A stretch of 64,000 nucleotides of DNA, taken from positions 1,696,001 to 1,760,000 of the forward strand of contig OZ219856.1 in NCBI GenBank assembly GCA_964291395.2, in the 5' to 3' direction. How positions within the stretch are numbered: the stretch's first letter is position 1; every line of letters starts with the position of its first letter. The DNA comes from Alphaproteobacteria bacterium (GTDB taxonomy: Bacteria > Pseudomonadota > Alphaproteobacteria > UBA2966). Position numbers and translations under genes: made by a program. The notes below the pieces were generated by a model. The model made no database searches, had not been told where the DNA came from, and saw only the letters and a program-made list of their open reading frames with translations. Shown one piece after another: positions 19,210 to 34,137 of the stretch.

Positions 19210-19638
19210 GTGAACGACGAATTCGAAGCCCGCTACGGCGATACGATGAGGCGGATCCGAAGCGGACATTCGGTGGCCGTGACCCTCGACCGCGTGGAGA
19301 CCGCGATCCGCGGGCGGGGCCTCAAGTTCTTCGGCCGCCACGACCACGCCGCCGCTGCCCGAGAGTACGGGCTCGAGTTGCCGCCGACGACGGTGTTCGT
19401 GTTCGGGAACCCGACGCTGGGGACGCCCTCCATGCTCAAGGTTCGCGAGTACGCCATCGAAGCCCCGCCCCGGGGCCTGGTGTATGAGGACGACACGGGA
19501 GATGTGTGGATCGCCTGGAACACGGCGGAATACCTGTTCGGCATCGTCTATCCGCGGCACGGCCTCGAGATGCCCAGGGACGTTTGGGCGGCTTTCAACG
19601 ACGTCGTCAGGGAGGCCTGCGAAGAGGCGGCCGGTTGA
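19210..19638 (+). CDS. DUF302 domain protein
   Basis: HDHAAAA..GLELPPTTVFVFGNPTLGTPSM..P.RGLVYED. Confidence 0.75.
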   Translation: MNDEFEARYGDTMRRIRSGHSVAVTLDRVETAIRGRGLKFFGRHDHAAAAREYGLELPPTTVFVFGNPTLGTPSMLKVREYAIEAPPRGLVYEDDTGDVWIAWNTAEYLFGIVYPRHGLEMPRDVWAAFNDVVREACEEAAG

Positions 19639-19796
19639 CTGCGGCCTTTCGGCACCGTCGCAATCACGGAGCGCTATTGCCGAGCTCGTAGAAAACCCGT
19701 TCCGACAATCGACTTGGCCCGGTCAGTGGAGGCAGGTCATTCTCGCCGAACCCGAGCGAAGTAGCAGCCCGCCAAGCGCCAACGGAGGAAACGCAC

Positions 19797-20252
19797 ATGC
19801 CCGGCATCGAAACGGAGTTTCTCTTTCATATCGAGCTCAAAGTCGGTGGGTTCCACTTCATTGGAAACACGCCATATGGCAACCGCCGGGTTGGGTTCGT
19901 CGATGGCGGTACCTTCGAAGGGCCCAAGCTGAAAGGCATCGTTCACGGGGGCAGCGACTGGTTGCTGGTGCGTGGCGACGGCTCGACCCAACTCGACGTC
20001 AGGCTGGTTCTGGAAACCGACGACAACGAGAAGATGTGCTTGAGTTACCCCGGCATGCGCGTCGGCACACAGGACGTGCTTGACCGGCACGTTGCCGGAG
20101 ATCCCGTCGATGCGTCGGAATACTACTTCCGCACACCGATGCAGTTCGAGACCGGTTCGGAGAAGTACGGGTGGCTCAACCGTATTCTTGCAATCGGGAT
20201 CGGCTACCGCTCCGAAATCGGGCCGGCCTATCACGTCCACCAGATTCTCTAG
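19797..20252 (+). CDS. DUF3237 domain protein
   Basis: TPYGNRRV..GGTFEGPKLKG..GSDW..LDVRLVLETDD..YYFRT..FETGSEKYGWLN. Confidence 0.85.
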   Translation: MPGIETEFLFHIELKVGGFHFIGNTPYGNRRVGFVDGGTFEGPKLKGIVHGGSDWLLVRGDGSTQLDVRLVLETDDNEKMCLSYPGMRVGTQDVLDRHVAGDPVDASEYYFRTPMQFETGSEKYGWLNRILAIGIGYRSEIGPAYHVHQIL

Positions 20253-20398
20253 AGCCGCATCCGTTCTCGTTGTCGTGAACGCGAGGACGGGGCTCCGACG
20301 GGGCATTGGTCCGGGCCGTCCGTGGCCGCGCTCGGGGCGGAGCGCGCCCAGGTGATTCAGCACGCCCTCATCGAACGCGACAAGCCGAGGAGACGACG

Positions 20399-21181
20399 AT
20401 GACAGACGAGAAACCGCTTGCAGGAAAAACCGCCGTGGTGACCGGTGCCGGGCGCGGCATCGGGCGCTCGATCGCGCTCACCTTCGCGCGCGCCGGCGCC
20501 GACCTCGCGACCTGCTCGCGCACGACCGACGAGCTCGAGGCGACACGCGTGGCAGCCGAGGCCGCGAGGGTCCGCTGTTTCGCCGGTGTGGCGGACCTGA
20601 CCGACCCCGACGCGACCGAGGCTTTCTGTCACGAGGCGCTCACGACGCTCGGGCACGTGGACGTACTGGTCAACAACGCCGGTGCCGAGCTCGAACTCGG
20701 CAAGGTGGCCGAGTCGGACCCTGAGCGGTGGTGGAAAACCGTCGAGCTCAACCTGCGAGGCCCCTACCTCGTCACGCGCCGCCTGCTCGCGGGCCTCGCC
20801 GACGGCGCGAAGATCATCAACATCTCGTCAGGAGCGGGCCTGCGCGCGAGTGACTGGAACAGTTCGTATCACGTCTCGAAAGCCGGGCTGCACAGGCTCA
20901 CCGAGGCGCTCGCCAACGAGCTCTGGCCGCGACGTATCGATGTCAACAACCTGATCCCAGGACCGGTCGCGACGAACATATTCAACCGCGACAACCCGCA
21001 CGATCGCCTCACTCCGGAGGAAGTTCTGGCACGCTTCGCCGACGAACTCCCGCCCGGGTTCCCCCCTTGTGAACGCTTGAAGCACCCGGACGAAGTCGCC
21101 GAGCTGGCGCTGTACATGGCGACGCTGCCGGCCGGGGGTCCCACCGGCCAGACCTTCTCGCTCGCACGCCGCCCGCTCTGA
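20399..21181 (+). CDS. SDR family oxidoreductase
   Basis: TGAGRGIG, VNNAG, NISSGAG, YHVSK; RBS GAGGAG. Confidence 0.9.
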   Translation: MTDEKPLAGKTAVVTGAGRGIGRSIALTFARAGADLATCSRTTDELEATRVAAEAARVRCFAGVADLTDPDATEAFCHEALTTLGHVDVLVNNAGAELELGKVAESDPERWWKTVELNLRGPYLVTRRLLAGLADGAKIINISSGAGLRASDWNSSYHVSKAGLHRLTEALANELWPRRIDVNNLIPGPVATNIFNRDNPHDRLTPEEVLARFADELPPGFPPCERLKHPDEVAELALYMATLPAGGPTGQTFSLARRPL

Positions 21182-21193
21182 GCGGCGGACTCC

Positions 21194-21232
21194 AGCGAGT
21201 CTCGACCCTTTCGTGAAACAGAATGGCTAACA
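21194..21232 (+). repeat. Copy 2 of dispersed island element
   Basis: agcgagtctcgaccctttcgtgaaacagaatggctaaca; 37/39 identical to 23303-23341. Confidence 0.9.
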
Positions 21233-21235
21233 TGC

Positions 21236-21470
21236 CATCCGCGTCATACGCTCGTGCGGCGTGCCACCAAGCGTCTCCGGGATACGCAAGGTCGCCTGTC
21301 GGACGAGGAGATCAAGGAATTCAACGATGAGGGGCTATCGACGGCGGAACTGCTGGAGATCATTTCCGTCATCGGCAGGTACGTGACTCGATTTTGACCA
21401 ACAATCTCGCACGGACCGAGATCGATCCGGAGTTCCTCTACGACAGTGACGACCACGACGTCGCGGCCTG
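21236..21470 (+). pseudogene. C-terminal remnant of an AhpD/carboxymuconolactone decarboxylase-like protein
   Basis: QGRLSDEEIKEFNDEGLSTAELLEIISVIG...NNLARTEIDPEF; begins abruptly after repeat copy 2. Confidence 0.55.
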
Positions 21471-21586
21471 AAACCGTGCCGGTCCCGATACTTGGGCCTA
21501 CAAGCCATCCTCGCCCGTGTACTTACCGCCCTTGACGGTCTTGAACGTCAGCCCGCCTCGAGCACATTCGAGGGCACTCCATCACC

Positions 21587-22465
21587 TCAGGCTAGTGCGG
21601 CCTGGAACAGGGCCAGCAGCCGGCTCCAGGCCCGTTCCGCCTGCGCTTCGTTGTACACGGCGGAGTCCGGAGGGCACCAGCCGTGCAGGGTCCCCGCGTA
21701 GACTTCGATCTCTGCCGGCAGTCCGGCGGCGGCATAGGCCTCCCGCAGCACGGTCTTGGCCTTCGGGTCCTTCTCGTCGTCGTTCTCGGCAATCGCGAAC
21801 AGATAGTGCGCCTGCATCTTGCCGACGAGCAGATGGGGGCTGTCGGGTGCGTCCGTCACGAGCCGCCCGCCATGGAACGATGCGCCGGCACCGATCCGCT
21901 CAGGGAGTGCCGCCGCGGTGCGCATGGTCATCGAGCCGCCCATGCAGTACCCCATCGTCCCCATCTTGCGGTCGCCGGACACCGCCTCCTGACTGTCGAG
22001 GAAGCCGACGAAGGCCTTCGCGTCCGTCACCGTGGTCTCGGGGCTCAACGAACGCATCAGGGGAAAGATCTTCTTGCGCGTCGCTTCGTCCCGAAACGAG
22101 GCGCCCTCCGGCAGGACCGGCGCCCTCTCGGTGCGGTAGTAGGGATTGACGACCAGCACCGCGTACCCTGACTCGGCCAGCCGCCGGCCCATCTGCTCGA
22201 AGGCGGGCCGCAGACCGAGCGCGTCGGGCCAGATCAGCACGCCGGGATGGGTGCCGCTCGAGGGGTGGACGAAGTGACAGTCCGCCGTGCCGTCCGGTGT
22301 CGATACCTCGACATCGGAGGCCCTCACATCCAGTGCAGCCGCAGACCGCGGCAAGAGCATGGCCAGTCCCGTCCCGACCGACAGCACCCCGAACTTGCGC
22401 CGGGTCAGGCTTCCCGAACGGCGCAGGTAGTCCTCCACGTCACGGAGCGTCGCTTCGTCGCACAT
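21587..22465 (-). CDS. Dienelactone hydrolase family protein with Tat-like signal
   Basis: TRRKFG signal; GYCMGG nucleophile; SFHGG; AENDD; HGW. Confidence 0.9.
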   Translation of the reverse strand: MCDEATLRDVEDYLRRSGSLTRRKFGVLSVGTGLAMLLPRSAAALDVRASDVEVSTPDGTADCHFVHPSSGTHPGVLIWPDALGLRPAFEQMGRRLAESGYAVLVVNPYYRTERAPVLPEGASFRDEATRKKIFPLMRSLSPETTVTDAKAFVGFLDSQEAVSGDRKMGTMGYCMGGSMTMRTAAALPERIGAGASFHGGRLVTDAPDSPHLLVGKMQAHYLFAIAENDDEKDPKAKTVLREAYAAAGLPAEIEVYAGTLHGWCPPDSAVYNEAQAERAWSRLLALFQAALA

Positions 22466-22598
22466 GAGTGCCTCCCGTCTCGCTCTGGTTCGCATCGCAG
22501 GCTATCACGATTGCCAGCATCGCCGAAGCGAGAGACGGTGAAGCGACAGCACCGTGCATTTGCAATTGCGGGACCGCTGGGACTATCTCTGCGACGAC

Positions 22599-23129
22599 AT
22601 GGAAGCACTGACCGTTCGTCCGCCGCACGACGCCGACATGGCGGCGGTGACAGCCATTTACGCACACTATGTCGAAGCCGGCACCTCGAGCTTCGAGACC
22701 GTAGCGCCGGATGAGGCCGAAATGCGCCGGCGCTGGCGGTTATTGATCGAGGATCAATACCCCTGCTTTGTTGCCGAGCGCGGCGGCGACGTCTGCGGGT
22801 TCGCCTACGCAGGCCCCTATCGGGTCCGCCCCGCCTACCGCCATACAGTGGAGAACTCCGTGTACGTCGAGCGCGCGGCGAGGCAGGGCGGAATCGGCAC
22901 CGCGCTGCTTCGTGCCTTGATTCAGGCCTGCACGGATCAAGGCTTCCGCCAGATGGTGGCGATCATGGCTGAGTCCGAACACCCTGCGTCGATCCGGCTT
23001 CACCTGGCGGCCGGCTTCGAGATGGTGGGCACCCTCAAGAACGTCGGCTACAAGCACGGGCGCTGGCTCGACACGGTGCTCATGCAGCGAGAACTCGGGG
23101 AGGGCGCGCGTTCCCCACCGGGAATGTGA
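22599..23129 (+). CDS. GNAT acetyltransferase (phosphinothricin/methionine sulfoximine acetyltransferase, YncA-like)
   Basis: SSFETVAPD, RPAYRHTVENSVYV, QGGIGTALL, SIRLH..GF, VGYKHGRWLD. Confidence 0.9.
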   Translation: MEALTVRPPHDADMAAVTAIYAHYVEAGTSSFETVAPDEAEMRRRWRLLIEDQYPCFVAERGGDVCGFAYAGPYRVRPAYRHTVENSVYVERAARQGGIGTALLRALIQACTDQGFRQMVAIMAESEHPASIRLHLAAGFEMVGTLKNVGYKHGRWLDTVLMQRELGEGARSPPGM

Positions 23130-23302
23130 CGCGCTTCCGCTCCTTTCCGGAAGAACTTCCCAATGGAGGCGACCGGCGACCATCGATCCCTATCGCCCGA
23201 TGGGTCAGGTATCCACATGACCGCATCGACTCCAAACGGCCGGCATTCGGGTCGGCTTGTTCGGCGTCGCGCCGCATACGTCCGCGGAGGGGTGCCGCTT
23301 CT

Positions 23303-23354
23303 AGCGAATCTCGACCCTTTCGTGAAACAGAATGGCCAACAGCGTTTCAGGACC
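23303..23354 (+). repeat. Copy 3 (longest) of dispersed island element
   Basis: agcgaatctcgaccctttcgtgaaacagaatggccaacagcgtttcaggacc; contains TGAAAC-N15-GTTTCA inverted arms. Confidence 0.9.
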
Positions 23355-23574
23355 GTCGTGGTCCAATTGGACGTTGGTTGTTCGCCAGGTTCCGGGACGG
23401 TTCCCGACCCTCGCTCGGGTCCTTCCGGCGTTGATTCCAAAAATATGATTCGATTGGAAGATACGGTAGGCTGCAAAGTGATGCCGTCCTGGCGGCGAAA
23501 GGTAGTTCCCACACCAGGGACCGACAAAGGAGAAGAGCGTGGCAGACCGACGGAAGGACGCGTCACACGCCGCC

Positions 23575-25032
23575 ATGCGGAGTGATGAAGAGCCGGCGCC
23601 GGTGCGGGCAAGGAGGCGGAGAACGGCCTCCAGATGCCGCCCCAACTCATGCTCGATCTCGCACGCAAGGCGGCGGAGCTCCTGGTGGCTCGGATCGAGA
23701 GCCTGCCCGGAGAGAATGCCTGGGAGGGAGATTTCCGGGAGGTGCTCGAAGACCGGTTGATGGAGGATCCGCCCGAGGACGGCCGGCCGGCGGAAGAGGT
23801 CCTCGAGCAGGCCGCGCGCGATATCCTTCCGGTCGCGACGCGGCTCGATCATCCGCGTTCCTTCGCGTTCGTTCCGACGGCGCCTACCTGGCCCGGGGTG
23901 CTGGCCGACTTCCTGGCTGCGGGATACAACATCAACGCCTGCACCTGGCTGGTGGCGAGCGGTCCCAGCCAGCTAGAGCTGGTCGTCATCGATTGGTTGC
24001 GACGGTGGCTAGGCTATCCCGAGAGCGCCGGCGGACTTTTCACGAGCGGCGGCTCGGCAGCCAGCGTCGATGCCTTCGTCGCGGCTCGGGAGAGCGCGGG
24101 TCATCCCGAGCGGGCGACCGTGTACATGAGCGACCAGAGCCACAGTGCGCACATCCGTGCGGCCAGGATCATCGGTGTTCGGCCCGAGTGCATACGGCTG
24201 CTTCCGAGCGATGATCGTTTCCGCCTGGACATGGATGCGCTGGCGCGAGCGGTGGCCGAGGATCGCGCCGCCGGGTTCAATCCCATCGCGGTGTGCGCCA
24301 ACGCCGGAGCGTCCAGCACCGGGGCCGTCGACCCGCTCGAGGCGATGTCGGACTACTGCGAGGCGGAGGACATCTGGCTGCATGTCGACGCCGCATATGG
24401 CGGCTTTGCGGCTGTGACCGAGGAAGGCAAGAAACTCCTGCGCGGGATCGAGCGCGCCGATTCGATCGGTCTGGACGCGCACAAATGGTTCTTCCAGCCC
24501 TACGAGGCGGGCGGCCTTCTGGTGAAGGACGCAAGCACGCTCGAGAAGCCGTTCGCGGTTCGGCACGACATCCTCCAGGACACGATATGGGGAGCGGACC
24601 ACCCGAACCTCTCGGACCGGGGCCTGCAGTTGAGCCGCTCGTTTCGGGCCTTGAAAATCTGGATGTCTGTCCAGACCTTCGGGATGGCCGAGTTCCGGCG
24701 AGCCGTGTCACAGGGGATGGAGTTGGCGGACCGGGCCGGGGAGTACGTCCGGGGAAGTCCTGTCCTGGAACTCCTGACCCCCGTATCGCTGGGAATCGTG
24801 TGCTTCCGGGTCAATCCCGCGAACGCCGGCCTCGACGGGAAAACTCTGGACAAGGTCAACAGGACCGTGCTCGCCCACTTATTTTGGGACGACCCCGCGT
24901 TCGTCTCATCGACTCTTCTTCACGGAACGTTTGCGCTCAGGCTCTGCATCCTCAATCACACCACGACTGGGACGACGTGCGCGAGACCCTGGAAGCCGTC
25001 GAGAGTTTCGGGAAAGAGGCTTTGCGCCATAA
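23575..25032 (+). CDS. PLP-dependent group II decarboxylase (aromatic L-amino acid decarboxylase-like); frameshift near 24968, start and stop approximate
   Basis: HPRSFAFVP, FTSGGS, SDQSHSA, WLHVDAAYGG, DAHKW (PLP Lys), GLQLSRSFRALKIW, LRLCILNH; continues WDDVRETLEAV in another frame. Confidence 0.8.
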
Positions 25033-25289
25033 CGAACGACGCGGCGCATCCGAAGGGTTCGGCGCAGAACGTCCCTCGTGGCCGGAGCGCGTGTCCGCAT
25101 CCTCGACCGACTCGCAGCCTCGTCCCGTCGCGCACGAAAGCACACGTGCGTACCCGCTGGAATATCGTGGCCCTTGCGCTCACGGCCGGCTACGTCGTGG
25201 GCAGCAGTTCGGCAAGGTACCGACGCTGCAGAACGACGCGCCGCTTCGGCTTCGCCACTCTCACGGTCGCCGCGCCCAAGGTGATCGTC

Positions 25290-25527
25290 GCTCTACTGGG
25301 ACAAACACGACGACCCGGCCCGGAGAAATCCATGAGGCGTCGACGAGCTCTTGCCGGAACCGAAGCCCGCCGGCGTCTCCCGAGTCACGCCGACTTTCGC
25401 GACCGACCTTCCATGAGGGCCTCGAGGACGCCTCGAGGCTCCGACAGAGTCTCGCCCACGGGATCGGGAAACTCCCGAATCGAGTGGAAGGGCAAGGGTT
25501 TCTCATTCCCGATGCCCTTGAGGCGCT
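25290..25527 (+). repeat. Right copy of ~230-bp direct repeat (decayed aminotransferase 3' end plus intact oxidoreductase 3' end)
   Basis: Aligns to 8136-8367; aminotransferase stop TGA reads CGA here and there is an indel. Confidence 0.95.
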
Positions 25528-26143
25528 CCCGGTACGCGTCCAGACAGGCCTGCCTCCGGACATCGTCGACGCGGGGCACGGCCCACACCACGTTGGGCTC
25601 CAGAAGCTCCAGACCCACGTACTGCAGGGTCCCGACGGTAAGCGGGAAGAGGATGGTCTCCAACGGGCCGAACATCTTGCCTTCGGCGAACCGGGCCTCG
25701 GCGCCTCCGGTGGTCAACGACAAGAGGGCCCGGCGTCCGCGCAGGCGGCCGCTGTCGAAGCGCTCCTGGCGACGGTAGGCCCAACCGAAGGCGAACACGC
25801 GGTCGAACCACCCCTTCAGGATGGCGGGCATGCCGAACCACCAGAGCGGGAACTGAAAGATGACGATCTCGCACCAATAGAGCTTTTCCTGTTCCCCCGC
25901 GATGTCCTCCGCGAACGTCCCGGTCTCCGCCGCGTTGGCCTGTTCCGGCTGGATCCGGAAGACATCGTCCCCGACCGGTGACTTGACGTCGTGAAATCCG
26001 GGGACCGGATTGAACCCCATTTGATGGAGGTCCGAGACGCGCACCTCGTGGCCGGCCTCGCGCAAGGTCTCCCGGGCAATGCGGAACATCTCGCCGTTGT
26101 AGGACGTGGGCTCCGGGTGGGCATAGACGATGAAGACCTTCAC
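25385..26143 (-). CDS. NAD(P)H-dependent quinone oxidoreductase (flavodoxin-2, NQO/KefF/MdaB-like)
   Basis: VYAHPEPTSYN, EQEKL, QFPLWWFGMPAILKGWFDRV, LTTGG. Confidence 0.9.
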   Translation of the reverse strand: MKVFIVYAHPEPTSYNGEMFRIARETLREAGHEVRVSDLHQMGFNPVPGFHDVKSPVGDDVFRIQPEQANAAETGTFAEDIAGEQEKLYWCEIVIFQFPLWWFGMPAILKGWFDRVFAFGWAYRRQERFDSGRLRGRRALLSLTTGGAEARFAEGKMFGPLETILFPLTVGTLQYVGLELLEPNVVWAVPRVDDVRRQACLDAYRERLKGIGNEKPLPFHSIREFPDPVGETLSEPRGVLEALMEGRSRKSA

Positions 26144-26477
26144 GGCGGCTACTCCCGATCACCGATGTCCGGCCGGACCCTAGGCGGGAGATCGATGGCG
26201 GTCAACGCCACCGCAAGAGCGGCAAGGACGCCGAGGAACGGCTCCCTGCGCACAACCGCTGCCGGTTCGCGGCTCGGGTCGTTGAGGTCCGCCGCGCTTA
26301 CGGCCTCATCATCGACCGGCCCGACCCCAACCCCCACATCAAGGACCGCGTCTCATATCCGTCTGAACGAGGTCACCGAAGGGACGGCCACGCACGGGCG
26401 GGCGCTTTGACGCCACGCATCGCGTGCTGTAGACCGCACCCATCCGCCGCCGACCGAGGCCCGTTTCCGGAGTTCGA

Positions 26478-29898
<3,421 letters not shown>

Positions 29899-29955
29899 GC
29901 ACGCGAGAATGATACAGCGCGGGACCTGGTGTCAGACACCGTGTCCGCTTCCAAT

Positions 29956-30501
29956 CTACTCGTCGACGTCGGCGGCGATCCGCATACGGATGATCTTGTC
30001 GGGGTCGTCGACCATGCCGTTGCGGCCATCACCCCGCTTGATCTTATCGACGTATTCCATCCCATCGACAACCGAGCCCCAGACGGTGTACTGCCCGTTC
30101 AAGTGGCTCGCGTCCTCGAAGACGATGAAAAACTGGCTGTTTGCGCTGTCGGGATCGCTGGTCCGAGCCATGGACAAAGTGCCCCGCACGTGAGGTTCGT
30201 CCGAAAACTCCGCCTTGAGGTCGGGCTTGTCCGACCCCCCCATGCCGGTGCCGGTCGGATCACCGGTCTGCGCCATGAATCCGTCGATCACGCGGTGGAA
30301 TACGACGCCGTCGTAGAACCCTTCCCGCGTCAACTCCTTGATGCGCTCGACATGATTGGGGGCGAGGTCGGGCCGCAATTCGATGACCACTCTGCCATCC
30401 TCGAGATCAAGGTAAATCGTGTTCTTTGGGTGGTCAGCCATGGCATTCTCCCCGATCCAAACGCATGCCAGGATGGCCGAAAGAAAAACCCTGAATAACA
30501 T
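29956..30501 (-). CDS. Cyclophilin-type peptidylprolyl isomerase
   Basis: FYDGVVFHRVIDGFMAQTGDP, GTLSMAR, SANSQFFI, HLNGQYTVWG. Confidence 0.95.
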   Translation of the reverse strand: MLFRVFLSAILACVWIGENAMADHPKNTIYLDLEDGRVVIELRPDLAPNHVERIKELTREGFYDGVVFHRVIDGFMAQTGDPTGTGMGGSDKPDLKAEFSDEPHVRGTLSMARTSDPDSANSQFFIVFEDASHLNGQYTVWGSVVDGMEYVDKIKRGDGRNGMVDDPDKIIRMRIAADVDE

Positions 30502-30539
30502 ACGGTTAGCTCGTATTAGTGTAAGTTCAATTCAAGAAA

Positions 30540-31049
30540 TTACCTCGCGCCGACGGCACGCGCCATCAAACGCTTCGCCACCTGCGGAGAGACGAAACTG
30601 GTCACGTCACCGCCCAATCGTGCGATCTCCTTGACCAAGCTCGATGCGATGAACTGGTTGTTCTCCGACGCCATCAGGAACGCGATCTCGATCTCGTCGT
30701 TGAGGCGGGCGTTCATGCCGACCATCTGAAACTCGAAGTCGAAGTCCGAAACGGCCCGCAGTCCCCGCACGATGATACTGGCGCCGACCTCCTCGGCGAA
30801 GTGCATGAGCAGGTTGTCGAACGGTCGAACCTCGAAGGTCATACCGTTGAGGTTGTCGAGCCTGCCCACCTCTTCCTCGATCATGGCGATGCGCTCGCCG
30901 ACGTCGAACATCGGGTGCTTTCCGGGATTGCCGGCCACCCCGATCACCAAGTGATCGACCAGGCGCGTCGCCCGCGCGATCAGATCCAGATGCCCGTTCG
31001 TAATGGGATCGAAGGTACCTGGATAAACGCCTGTCCGAGTCGTCGCCAA
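30540..31049 (-). CDS. coaD: Phosphopantetheine adenylyltransferase
   Basis: YPGTFDPITNGH, RGLRAVSDFDFE, ASSLVKEIA; TTG start inferred. Confidence 0.95.
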   Translation of the reverse strand: MATTRTGVYPGTFDPITNGHLDLIARATRLVDHLVIGVAGNPGKHPMFDVGERIAMIEEEVGRLDNLNGMTFEVRPFDNLLMHFAEEVGASIIVRGLRAVSDFDFEFQMVGMNARLNDEIEIAFLMASENNQFIASSLVKEIARLGGDVTSFVSPQVAKRLMARAVGAR

Positions 31050-31053
31050 AGAG

Positions 31054-33867
<2,814 letters not shown>

Positions 33868-34137
33868 AGGGTTTGAAACACGCCGGAGCGGCGCCTGAAC
33901 GAGGATGCCGCGCGCAATGCGAAACCGCGACATATAGGGCAATGCTAACCTCTAAATATACCAATTATTGTGGTTTTCGGCAAATTACGGGCGCCGGAGT
34001 CCGAAACGAAGCCGAGGCCCCCTCATGTCCCAACCTTGCCACCCGCCGATGTGCCGATTACACAGTTCATCGTGGCCAGATCGACGCCACGGACCTTCGG
34101 TCGGATCACCCGGCACAACTCCCGCAAGGATGGCGGC

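Larger units (their letters stand above)
8368..25289. mobile_element. ~17-kb genomic island between direct repeats
   Basis: Flanking ~230-bp direct repeats; toxin-antitoxin genes, IS630 and tyrosine-integrase remnants, truncated genes and AT-richer patches inside. Confidence 0.7.

Noticed and set aside
17499-23354. Dispersed repeats as a CRISPR array or integron attC sites
   Set aside because: Spacing is 2-4 kb, no cas or intI gene is present, and there is no RYYYAAC...GTTRRRY structure
23634-25778. 714-aa ORF suggesting a decarboxylase fusion
   Set aside because: A frameshift near 24968 reads into non-coding DNA and the antisense strand of the oxidoreductase; homology ends near 25030
33950-33975. 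NrdR-like sequence in the gyrA promoter region
   Set aside because: Poor match to the consensus and no clear tandem partner; likely just an AT-rich promoter
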